A DNA stretch of 64,000 nucleotides from Hemiscyllium ocellatum. Taxonomy: Eukaryota. Shown piece after piece: positions 1 through 41,436 of the stretch. The stretch spans positions 37,634,001 through 37,698,000 of the forward strand of contig NC_083423.1 of assembly GCF_020745735.1 (NCBI RefSeq). Reading direction: 5' to 3'. A program made the translations under genes and the position numbers. Numbering within the stretch: the first letter of the stretch is position 1; each line of letters begins with the position of its first letter. The notes beneath the pieces were generated by a model. That model had not been told where the DNA came from and did no database searches. It was given only the letters and a program-made list of their open reading frames with translations.

Positions 1-608
1 GTCTAATACAAAAGAAATTTATCTACCATCACACCTAATTCTCCTGACTTTTCTATATTTACCAGTTCTACTGCTTCCAGTGTCACTCAATTCTGGTCAA
101 CTAACTGGATAGATAACTAAATTACGAAGAGATTCTCCATTTGGAAAACCAGAAGTTTCAATGTCATCTAATTGAAATTTAGAAAGTGACAAAGGAAATG
201 AAGAAGCTAGATCATGCAAGTTGTTCACTACAACCACTCAGCCTTCTGCAATTCTGTAACTATAGAAATTGCAGTAGAACTTTTTACATTAATCACCTTA
301 AAATGCCATTACCGATAAAGCGATTAGTCATCAGTGTATTCCCCTCAGCAGAAAGGAATTATATCCAATCAGCCTGAGTTTAGCCCAAACAACTTCTTCA
401 ACAGCACTCCTACTTCTTAAATCCTTGTTCTCTACCACTTAGGAATAGTTTAACAGGTGCATGGCACCATCACTCCCAGGGTTCCCTCCAACCACACACC
501 ACTGCAACTCGGAAATTATTGTTGTCTCTTCATCATTGCTGGGTCAAAATACTGAGCCTTTGCCACATAGACCAATCTACAGTCCATTCTAATGTCAATG
601 GTGGGGAA

Positions 609-870
609 ATTAGATTACTTACTTACAGTTCGGCCCAACAAGCCCATAGCGAACCTCTGAAGAGCAACTCACCCAGACCCATTCCGCTACATTTAGCCCT
701 TCACCTTAGCATGGCCAATTCACCTAACCTGCACATCTTTGGACTGTGGGAGGAAACCGACGCAGACACGGGGAGAACGTGCAAACTCCACCCAGACAGT
801 CGCCGGATGCAGGAATTGAACCCGGGTCTCTGGCGCTGTGAGGCAGCAGTGCTAACCACTGTGCCACCCT
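609..870 (-). mobile_element. HE1-type V-SINE
   Basis: tRNA-like head (A/B boxes), V-domain, CR1-like tail. Confidence 0.85.
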
Positions 871-1123
871 AGTCTTGCCAGTGACACCTATAATGAAGTT
901 TACTCTATGTTGCTAATTGAATGGTTGCATAGTGAGCCAGCAAAGAAATCAATCTGTGGATCAATAACAAACGGAGATTCAGAAAACTCAAAAACATTCT
1001 GAATCCTTTCTCAATTTGAATTTAATATGAGTATACTAAAGCTTCATGGTGCTAAAATATCCAAGATATATGTTTCATCAATAGGTTTGTTTCTAGCTTT
1101 TCAGTGGGTTCCACGACACTCAC

Positions 1124-31648
<30,525 letters not shown>

Positions 31649-31649
31649 C

Positions 31650-32620
31650 ACCCCGAGCCAAGGGCAGCCTCTCTGCTAACCCCTCAGCTCCGTGTACCTC
31701 CCAATACCAATCCCCCAGGAAACAGTGTCTGGCTGCTGGAGTCCGCCCCGGAGTTATTTGTCCCCTGCACACACACACAGCCCTGACATTGTTTAACCCC
31801 CTCCCCATCCCAACCCCGTGCTGTGTTTGAACGGACAGGGGAACATAAAGACACGGTGCGGCTCCCTGAAGTCAAACACCAGTGAGTATTGACAGAGCAG
31901 AAACTGCTGGGATAAGGAAGCTCCTTTATTTCTAAACAAACCTCTGGGGACTCAACGCCAAGGTATACAAATACTCCCCCACCACCCCACCTTGGAATAT
32001 TTTAACCGGCAATTTAATACAATCGAGAGCATAAGATTTTTAATTTGTGTTTGATGATACTGTTTAATAAGGTTCGAAGAATTCCGTCAGAGAAGTGAAC
32101 TGGGCACAAAGGGAGAGGGATGACCTCTGAAGTTCAACAATGAAACTTTTGTAAAAAATATTTAAGCAAAACAACATCATCCTTGCGATGTTATGACACC
32201 TTTGACAGGCGGCTTCATTTTTTAGTTTCTGACAGAATGCCGGAAATACATATTGGAAAGAGTCTTAATGCTGCACAGGAACGGAAAGAGTGGATGAGGG
32301 ACTGACTTAAAAAGCAGTGAACACTTTTTTCAAAAAAGAAATACTTATTTTATGTTAAAACATACTACCACTAAACTTGTTTTTCATGGCTGTTTTGATC
32401 TTGCTGCTGCTTTCCAGCTGTTCCCAGACTTACTTTCTCCTGCGGTCAAGATGATCGACGTCACCAACGCTTTTTTTAGAACAACATTTTTAAGAGTAGA
32501 CTAAAACCCTCTCACGATCTCGGGACAGAGCAAAGTCAAATGCAAACAATAAATAATTTGGATGTTGATAGTTTTTATTTGACTGAGTCAGAGTACAGCT
32601 GTGAGTAACCGAGAGAATAC
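31650..32620. promoter_or_regulatory. candidate bidirectional promoter of TRMU and the dehydratase-like gene
   Basis: CpG-enriched unique sequence upstream of the TRMU ATG; GC-box-like ccgcccc near 31743; plus-strand gtgagt donors at 31882 and 32601 that could end a non-coding first exon. Confidence 0.5.
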
Positions 32621-34112
32621 AGTCAATTTACACATAACAATGCAATCTTCAAATCATCAAGATAGATACTTACAGTTGGCGGGAAGAATCCACTTAGCTC
32701 AGTTTAAAATAACTAACAACAGGATTGATATTGTGGAATTAAGTCTAACGCTCAAGGATAACTTGCCACCTGTTTAATGCGGATCTTTATACATGACTAT
32801 CTTGAGCTCACTAACAGGTTAGTAACATGTGTCACCTCGACCACCTTTCTGAACCTCTATCAATATTTTCGAAATGTTCAGGCATTTTAATTGCCTCAGA
32901 TATTAGAGCTAACATTATTTTATTTGCAGTTAACACCAATAGAAATGGGGTTGACAGGGGGTGCTTGTATCATTCAAGAGGACAGTTAACAATTCAAAAT
33001 TAATCTCAGCAATGGCCCTATGACCATTATTTCATGAACTGAAAAGAAATCAATGTATTGAATATCTCAACAACAGATGAGCTTAGCTGAGATAGTGACA
33101 AATGTCACACAGTATCCCCTGAGCTAGCAAGGTAGTAGGATTTACAGGTTCTTGCCTTATGATTGCTTTCTAATGACTCCTACATTCAGTATTTGTGCAT
33201 GACAGTTACTTTAGTTATAGTTATAGATACTTTAATCAACCTGTTCAAATATGTAATACACTTCTGGAACAGGTAGGACTTGAACCCAGGATTTCTGGCT
33301 CAGAAGTTGGGACATAACCACTGCATGAACACAAGACCTCCCCACACTGCTGCACTCTGACTCACAATAAAACAAAACTATCAAATGATCACACATGAAC
33401 AATGGCCATTAGGGCAACTTAATGAGGGGCTCAAGGAACAAGTTGCACCAATGTAATATCCTTAATATAGTAAATGTTCAAAGGCATATTGCAAAATGAG
33501 AGAACAAAACAAATAAAAGGGGATGCTAAACTAAGGAAGGAGTGTTGGAAGAGAGGGCCAAAGATTTAGTCAAGACTAAGATACACCTTGAAATATCATT
33601 TTTTAAAAAATCAAGGGATTTAGGATAGCAAATAGGAACATGGCTGAGGGCTGTGCCAACAATGATAGAATGAAAGGCAGGTGCAAAGCCACACAAAGGC
33701 TCAAGTTGAAAACCTGAAGAATGGGGAAGATGGCATATATTCGGTAAGGCAGCAAAGATCACAAGGGGCAGAAGTTTTGGAGGGAATTGGAAAACGAAGC
33801 ACTCATTTCATATACTATGATATGACTTTGATTTTTTTCAGGCAAGTAAATTGGAAACAAAACAATGATTCCTCACTTGATCCTTTACTGCATCAGGAGT
33901 CTTTTAAATGGCAATCTGAATCTTTGTTGTAGCAAAATTTGATCACAAACTGAGTAAAATTTCTGATAGTGATTCAAATCTCCCTGGCAACATTTTTTTT
34001 TGAGCTTGGTAGATAAAATGAGACAAGAACGAGGTAGATACCAACTCATTATTTTAAAAAAAAGGTTGAAGAAGTGCACTTCTATGCTTTACAATTCAGA
34101 GTAAGAAAGGAA

Positions 34113-34287
34113 ATGGAAGAAGCGGAAACCTTGCTGAGCTTACAGATGTTACAGGAAGCCAGGGAGGCAGTAAAGCAGAGCACTTTGCAAGTTATTAAAA
34201 CACCTATGATCCACCTGGCTAATGGTGCAGTTCCAATGAAAATCAACTGTGACCTGTATCTGAAGCTTGAAAACATGCAGACAACAG
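34113..34287 (+). CDS. dehydratase-like gene coding exon 1 (MEEAETLL...[10 protein letters not shown])
   Basis: ATG at 34113 just after a ttcag| acceptor (34099); donor G|gtcagt. Confidence 0.88.
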
Positions 34288-37200
34288 GTCAGTACAGTAA
34301 ATGCTTATACTGTGTTTTGAATTTATTCCATGTACTGCAGTACAGTAGATTGATTTGTGAATTTTTAGGGTTTTTAAGCTGAAGGGAGACACACTACATA
34401 ATTATGTTCAGACTTACTGGTTAAACTGTTAAAACATAATGACAGAATATTTTGAAATTAATGTTTATTTAATAATATTGGATTTCTGAAACTAAAACAT
34501 TGTTTTAAAAGTCAGAAATATGAAAAAAAACTGTGCTACTAGTAGACCATGTCACTATAATAATTAGCCTTTTCTGACACCAAAATCTGACTTAACTATG
34601 TAGCTGTCTACAGGCATTAGTTTGTAATTAAGAGATATATAGCAAAATAGAGGAGTGACAAGTCAGGTAGAATTATATTTTTTTTTACAGATGTCTTGTT
34701 AACTCCAGCGTGTAGGAATTTTACATCACTTCAGTTAGAACTGTGTTTTAAACATTTCTGGTTGACTGATTTTGTTTTCCCACTAATAAATGTATGAATG
34801 TAAGTTAATTTACTGACCTCAATACTGACATACTACAAGTTGCTCAGAAAACGGAACCAATTTTGTAACATTCAATGTGGCACTTACAGTTTTTGATATG
34901 CCTTCAAGACAAATATTACATAAACATTTTATTTTGCAGGCTCATTCAAGATCAGAGGAGTAGCAAATCAGTTTTCCAGAAGAGAAAATGGGCACTTCAT
35001 TACAATGTCAGCAGGAAATTATGGGAAAGCCTTTGCTTATGCTTTGAAGCATTTTGGGCATCGAGGAAAAGTATTAATGCCAGACACAGCACCGGCGTCA
35101 AGGACCGACCTGATTGCAGTAAGCATGGATATACATATGTTAACTGAAAGCATACATTTGAATTGAATCTAAACCTTTTCTGTAGCTAAAAACAAGGAAC
35201 GGAAAAGGCTATTTAGCCAGAAGTAAAGAGAGAATTGTTGCAACAATGACATCAGCTTATGAAGCAATCATATTTGTTTCTGGAAACATGGCCCAGGACA
35301 AGGTTCAAGTGTAGGATGTCACCATGGTTGACTAGGCAGAGAATATAAAGTACAAGAAAAATGTAGTTCTAAGTCTGGACTTAGAAAGTATGAAACTACA
35401 AGCCATTAAGACTATGGGAGGGAAGGAGTTCCATATCTCTGAGGCCCTGGAAGAAACTTTAACTCTGGAGCTGTTCTCATTTTTAATGGTGAAGTGCCAA
35501 GTAGGAAGAGTTGTAAGAGTTATATTTGCCGAAGTATTTTGCATAGCATTACTTTATGTAATCATGATTACACAGCAATCTTGATATACCTGTGGCATCA
35601 GGCTGAGGTACCAGCTCAAAGATTTGGTTCCCTGCATATATTAAAGAAGGAAAAGGAGTATTTGGTAATGTCCATTTGGTCAGATTAAGAGGTTATAGGT
35701 AGAAATCGAAAACTCTATTTACATTTCTGTTGGGAATGATGGAGGGGGATGAAACATATAAATAAGGAAAAGTTACAAAATATTTGATGGTATGGTACAA
35801 ATGTATTTCTTTTTGATTCTTTAAATGTAATTTTGCAAAGTCAAAGACATCACCTAAAGAGATAATGTTGAGAGACTAAATGCAGTGATACAAAGTGGAA
35901 AAAATTAGGAACCCTACACCGAGCTCAAAAGTGGAATTAATTGGTGTGTGTAAGATATACCTTAAGCTGAGTATTGGTGGATATTAAGTAGCTTACACTG
36001 TTTATTTGCGAGGTTTTAAAAACTTAAGTTGCACACTTGGGCCTATTCTCCACAGCAGACCGACTAAGTAAATATTCTTATTCAGGCCTGTTTCTGCTGC
36101 CCTTTGTGATGACTTTTCTGTTCACTGTCATTTTCCTTCCCCACGGAGAAAGTGAGGACTGCAGATGCTGGAGATCAAAGCTGAAAAGGTGTTGCTGGAA
36201 AAGTGTAGCAGGTCAGGCAGCATCCAAGGAGCAGGAGAGTCGACGTTTCAGGCATGAGCCCTTCTTCAGGAACCTTTCCTGAAGAAGGGCTCATGCCCGA
36301 AACATCGACTCTCCTGCTCCTTAGATGCTGCCTGACCTGCTGCACTTTTCCAGCAACACATTTTCAGCTTTTCCTTCCCCACATCAACAATCCAGTGTTA
36401 AAATGGGGTAGAGTTTACAGTGCTAGTAGTGGCAAAGGGTCTGCTACTTCAAACAGCAGCTATGGAACTGTAGGTTTAATTACCTCTCAACTATCAGCAA
36501 ATTATACTTTTAAATTTTACAGCTTTATTTCAGGAGTACAGGGCCTCCTCACAATTTGCACATACTTAATGAGATTTCAGAACTTTAAAAGTTAAAATGG
36601 ATTTATTTAACATTAAAAATCTTGAATGTTGTCATTTTAATTGCAGTTCTACAATTAATGATATCTTAACTCCTTGTAGAGCAGGATCCTTGAATTGGAT
36701 GGAAAATTCACATCAGGACTACAGCAAGCAGACTGTTAAGAGTTACAAGAAACCCAAATGTCCTAAGCAAACAACACTTGATAGATAACAGGAAAGAGCT
36801 TTAATTTTGAATTACATCACCAGTTTCAATAGATAGTTGTTTCTGCGTGGTTTATTCAATTTTGACAAATGAACAGAGAGTAGTAGTTGATGGAATAGGT
36901 TCATCTTGGAGTGCAGTTACTAGCGGTGTTCCACAAGGATCTGTTTTGGGACCATTGCTGTTTGTCATCTTTATAAATGATCTAGAGGACGGGCTTGAAA
37001 GCTGGGTGAGCAAGTTTGCGGATGACACGAAAGTCGGTGGAGTTGTGGACAGCGAAGGATGTGGCAGGTTACAGCGGGATATAGATAAGTTGCAGAGCTG
37101 GGCAGAAAGGTGGCAAATGGAGTTCAATGTAGCTAAGTGTGAAGTCATTCACTTTGATAGGAGTAACAAGATGGATTACTGGGCTAATGGTAGGCTACTT

Positions 37201-40200
37201 GGTAGTGTGGATGAGCAGAGGGATCTCGGTGTCCATGTACACAGATCTCTGAAAGTTGCCACCCAGGTAAATAGAGCTGTGAAGAAGGCATATGGTGTAC
37301 TGGGCTTTATTGGTAGAGGAATTGAGTTCCGGAGTCCTGAGGTCATGTTGCAGTTGTAGAAGACTCTGGTGCGGCCTCATCTGGAGTATTGTGTGCAGTT
37401 TTGGTCGCCATACTATAGGAAGGACGTGGAGGCATTGGAACGAGTGCAGAGGAGGTTTACCAGGATGTTGCCTGGCATGGTAGGAAGATCGTATGAGGAA
37501 AGGCTGAGGCACTTGGGGCTGTTCTCATTGGAGAAAAGAAGGTTTGGGGAGATTTGATAGAGGTGTACAAGATGATTAGGGGTTTAGATAGGGTAGACAC
37601 TGAGAACCTTTTTCTGTTAATGGAGTCAGCTGTTACTAGGGGACACAGCTTTAAGTTAAGGGGTGGTAGGTATAGGACAGATGTTAGGGTTGATTCTTTA
37701 GTCAGTGGGTTGTGAGTTCATGGAATGCCCTGCCAGTAGCAGTGGTGAACTCTCCCTCTTCATGGTCATTTAAGCAGGCATTGGATAAGCATATGGAGGT
37801 TATTGGGCTAGTGTAGGTTAGGTAGGCTTTTTTTTTTAGATTAGACTTACAGTGTGGAAACAGGCCCTTCGGCCCAACAAGTCCACACCGACCCGCGAAG
37901 TGAAACCCACCCATACCCCTACATTTACCCCTTACCTAACACTACGGGCAATTTAGCATGGCCAATTCACCTGACCCGCACATCTTTGGACTGTGGGAGG
38001 AAACCGGAGCACCCGGAGGAAACCCACGCAGACACGGGGAGAACGTGCAAACTCCACACAGTCAGTCAGTCACCTGAGTCGGGAATTGAACCCGGGTCTC
38101 AGGTGCTGTGAGGCAGCAGTGCTAACCACTGTGCCACGAGGGCCGAAGGGCCTGTACTGCGCTGTATTTTTCTATGTTCTATGAACTTTGTTTGGCTTCA
38201 AATATATCTTCAATAAAAGAAGAAAAAAAAAACAGAAAAGGCCTGTTAGAGATTAATATTTTCAAAAATGTTACTTATCCCCATAAAATACCAAAGTCAG
38301 AAAAATCAATGTATTTACTTGGTGATTTGAGTGGCCCCCACCACCCACAGTGCAAAGACCCTAAAACTGGATCCTGAATTCTAGCAAATTGACAAGCATC
38401 AACCAGCTTGCTATTACTTGATAGACCAAAGAGTTAAATTCAACAGAAAACTTTACCAGTGTTTTCCTCTCCATGAATGCAGCCAGACCTGCTAAGTATT
38501 TCTAACACCTGGAGTATTTTGGTTTCAGTTTAAGCCCTGATTTCTATTCAATTTAGCTTTAAACAAAATAAAGTTTATTGGAACAAATGAGATGAAAAAA
38601 GTGGTAGCTCAGCATGTGCAAAATATTTATGACTAGATCATCTTCATGTGCCTAGTGGCAAACATTTTGGAAGGTCAATTTAGGAACTCCAAATTGTCAA
38701 AATAGTTTCAGATTCTATTAGGAAAATTGTATTTTCTCTGTAGGTATCTGAACTTGAGTTGAACAGAATACAATCAGCTTAAGTCACCTCAAAACCATAG
38801 TCATAAAATGAAATGCATCACTATGAACTGGTTAAAAACTTAGCTTTTTAAAAAAGTAAAAAGATGCTTTACACGTGATACAATTTCTATAACATCTGTG
38901 AACAAGAAACAAGTATTACAAATTAATTGACATGGAGTCCTTTCATAGGTCTTAATAAATAGCATAAATATTCTTTATTACAATTATCAATGGCATTAGT
39001 AATTTTGAATGTTGCACATTTTTATATCACAATCTAGAGTTATGGTGTAGAAGTTGAGCGGATGCCACCCAAGTCATTGTTGTCTGCTGTGGAACAATTT
39101 GTTGAGGATAAGAAAATGAGTTTCTTACACCCCTTTGATGACATAGATTTGATTGCTGGCCATGGAAGGTAAATGTCCAATTCCTATCTTTCTCTTTTTC
39201 AACTGATGGAGGTGAAGTTACTTCCTTCTTACAATTTACTGCAATATACCAGAGCCAAAGAGGCAACCTCACTCACTCCATAGATTTATTGGCCAAACTG
39301 AGTCTAGTTCTCAGCTGGACACATCTAACTTTTACATATGATCTCTTCAAGAGACTACTCCATATTACTTTATTCCAATCATGACTCCCTAATCAAAGTA
39401 GAGTTAAAGGTTATATTGAAAAAGTGACTTCCTTAATGAAAATTGTTTAATAGATCAAATAACTTTTGATACTACCTGCTTAGTATGCAATTTCATAAAA
39501 GTCTAATTTCATACACAAGAACAACTGTTGTATTGAATGCTTTTAACAGCAAGATGCTATACTTCATACAAAACAGCAAAAACTAGACAATGAAGCTACC
39601 AAAATGAGTACCTATTTCAGTAAGTAGCACAAGTGACTGGTGCAATTAAGTTTACTTCAAAAACATTAAGACAAAAAAAAACACTGATCCAAATCTAGAT
39701 TGTATCTCTGTGTTATTAGCATTGGTCTAGAAATTCTTGAAGAAATTCCATATCCTGATGTTGTGGCAGTTCCTTGTGGAGGTGGTGGTTTGCTTGCAGG
39801 GGTGGCTGCTGCCATCAAACTATCTGGCTGTACAACTACACATGTATATGGAGTGGAACCAAGAGGAGGTAAACTATACTTCAGTTTCGTTTTGTACTCC
39901 AGTTTTAAAGGCACCAATTTCACCATTTATTCTTGATCATCAGCTTGTACCATGTACAGAAGTTTTAATGAAAATAAACCAGTGTTTATGGATGCAAACA
40001 GCATTGCCTCAGGACTTGCTCCACCATTTGCAGGTGAGTGAAGCTGATGATACAGCTTTAGTTTCGAATGGAGGTTAAAAAATAATATGGATTGCGAAAA
40101 GCAAGTTGGAGATTACCAAATACATTATTTGTTTACATTTTTCAAAGTGCAAAAAGAATCAGATTGTTAAAAAATACCCAAGATGACTGCCAGAAAAACA

Positions 40201-40529
40201 ATTCAAGCATCAGAACTCAGAGAAAAAAATAAATATGCCAGTAAGACAAATACTTATCAGGATCTTTCAATGTCTTTCTATTCTCAATAGGTACAACAAC
40301 ATTCCAGATTTGCAGGCAACAAGTGAAAGAAATCCTGTTGGTATCAGATGATGAAATAAAAGCGGCAGTTTCCATGCTATACAAGATTGGCCTGGTTGTG
40401 GAACCCTCAGGAGCAGCTGCTTTTGCTGCTATTGTTGGAGAAAAGATCAATCTTAAAGGAAAGACAGCAGTGGTCATAATAAGTGGAGGAAACATCAGTC
40501 CTGAAGAGCTTCAGCATATTGTTCATTAA
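34113..40529 (+). CDS. PLP-dependent fold-type-II serine/threonine dehydratase (ammonia-lyase) / serine racemase-like protein, 320 aa, complete
   Basis: Exons 34113-34287, 34940-35118, 39038-39168, 39720-39868, 39944-40033 and 40291-40529 total 963 nt, are all GT-AG and have no stops. Motifs: [15 protein letters not shown] (PLP lysine), [38 protein letters not shown]. Confidence 0.93.
34940..35118 (+). CDS. dehydratase-like coding exon 2 ([11 protein letters not shown]...[12 protein letters not shown]...MPDTAP)
   Basis: ttttgcag| acceptor, |gtaagc donor; contains the PLP-binding Lys. Confidence 0.93.
36145..36368. mobile_element. non-autonomous fold-back Penelope-tail element with two inverted hammerhead-like cores
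   Basis: About 95-bp inverted arms around 36273-36275; 14-bp TSD ttttccttccccac at 36131-36144 and 36369-36382. Confidence 0.85.
36872..38182 (+). mobile_element. 5'-truncated copy of the same CR1 family (RT C-terminal half and 3' UTR), interrupted by a SINE
   Basis: Nearly identical to about 24425-25450; ends ttctatgttctatg. Confidence 0.95.
37830..38137 (-). mobile_element. HE1-type V-SINE inserted in a CR1 3' UTR
   Basis: Young copy, antisense to the host LINE. Confidence 0.92.
39038..39168 (+). CDS. dehydratase-like coding exon 3 (SYGVEVER...[15 protein letters not shown])
   Basis: tag| acceptor, AG|gtaaa donor. Confidence 0.92.
39720..39868 (+). CDS. dehydratase-like coding exon 4 (IGLEILEE...[10 protein letters not shown]...GVEPRG)
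   Basis: tag| acceptor, G|gtaaa donor; glycine-rich phosphate loop. Confidence 0.93.
39944..40033 (+). CDS. dehydratase-like coding exon 5 (CTMYRSF...[11 protein letters not shown])
   Basis: cag| acceptor, G|gtgagt donor. Confidence 0.9.
40291..40529 (+). CDS. dehydratase-like last coding exon (...VSDDEI...[11 protein letters not shown]...ISGGNIS...stop)
   Basis: tag| acceptor; TAA ends at 40529. Confidence 0.93.
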
Positions 40530-40577
40530 AAAATGAAAAAAAATTGTCATGCAGCTACACAGAACTATATAATTAAT

Positions 40578-40583
40578 AATAAA
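40578..40583 (+). terminator. candidate polyadenylation signal of the dehydratase-like gene
   Basis: AATAAA about 50 nt after the stop codon; a second one lies at 41105-41110. Confidence 0.5.
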
Positions 40584-41349
40584 GATTTAACATTTATGTA
40601 GAAATGGACATGACAATCCTGATACCTCATTGAAACATTAGAGTTTTATTCTCTCATAAGTGTTGTGGGAAAATACAAGTACTGCACTAATTTGCAATTT
40701 GTTTTGTCCCCCTTTAAATCTCAAATGTAACTAATCTTTTATAACTTCATCTTGTGTATTGAAATGTCCTAACATACTTTTATTTTAATGCAGAATTTCA
40801 GCACAAGCTATTAACCCAAGTATTACCTTTATTAAAATGGTGAATTCTGCAATTTTGCCTAATCATTTGAAATTACAGAACGTGAGCAACATTGTATAGA
40901 AACTTAGTGGATTTTGTACTCCGTGCTAAGGGATCTATTTTCTCCGAATTGTGTTGCTATCTGGCTGTCAATACAGCTTTGATTGTAACTATTTTAATAA
41001 GATAATACTTGCACAGCAAGGAGGAAGAGGCAACAGTAGTTCTGAAAAATGTACTCAATTTCAAATTTTCTCTTTATTTGTTTGATTAGCTTTTCAGATT
41101 GTAAAATAAAAAAGTAAATCTACCAAGAAAACATGACTTTAACAGTGGCATTTACAATTTAAGATTAACCGTGGTCCAAAGACATTTTTAGTAAACCAGA
41201 AGAACAAGTGACATTATTTCAGTCCAACCACAGACATAGAAAAACAAGAAAAGTGTAGGTTTGTATTCAAAGTAAACAAATAAGAAACAAAAACAGCTTG
41301 CATAAAATTAAAACAACCTTACGATAGTATAGACCATTTAAAAGCATCT

Positions 41350-41436
41350 TTAAAACTTCAGTAAAGGAGAGTCCAGATTCACATTTTCCTTATTTGCAGG
41401 GCTCAATATAATCAGCGGAGAGTTGAAATCTATAAG
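41350..41436 (-). CDS. GTSE1: GTSE1 last coding exon (LIDFNSPLIILSPANKENVNLDSPLLKF*)
   Basis: tttcag| acceptor; matches the characteristic GTSE1 C-terminus; TAA at 41352-41350. Confidence 0.95.
   Translation of the reverse strand, partial: LIDFNSPLIILSPANKENVNLDSPLLKF

Noticed and set aside
1-1123. Search for TRMU exon 9 and later exons
   Set aside because: No matching exon seen; presumed to lie beyond the left edge
34113-40529. Assigning the symbol SRR or SDS to the PLP enzyme
   Set aside because: It has SAGNY rather than SSGNH, SGGN rather than the SDS Cys, and a different genomic neighbourhood; orthology is not established
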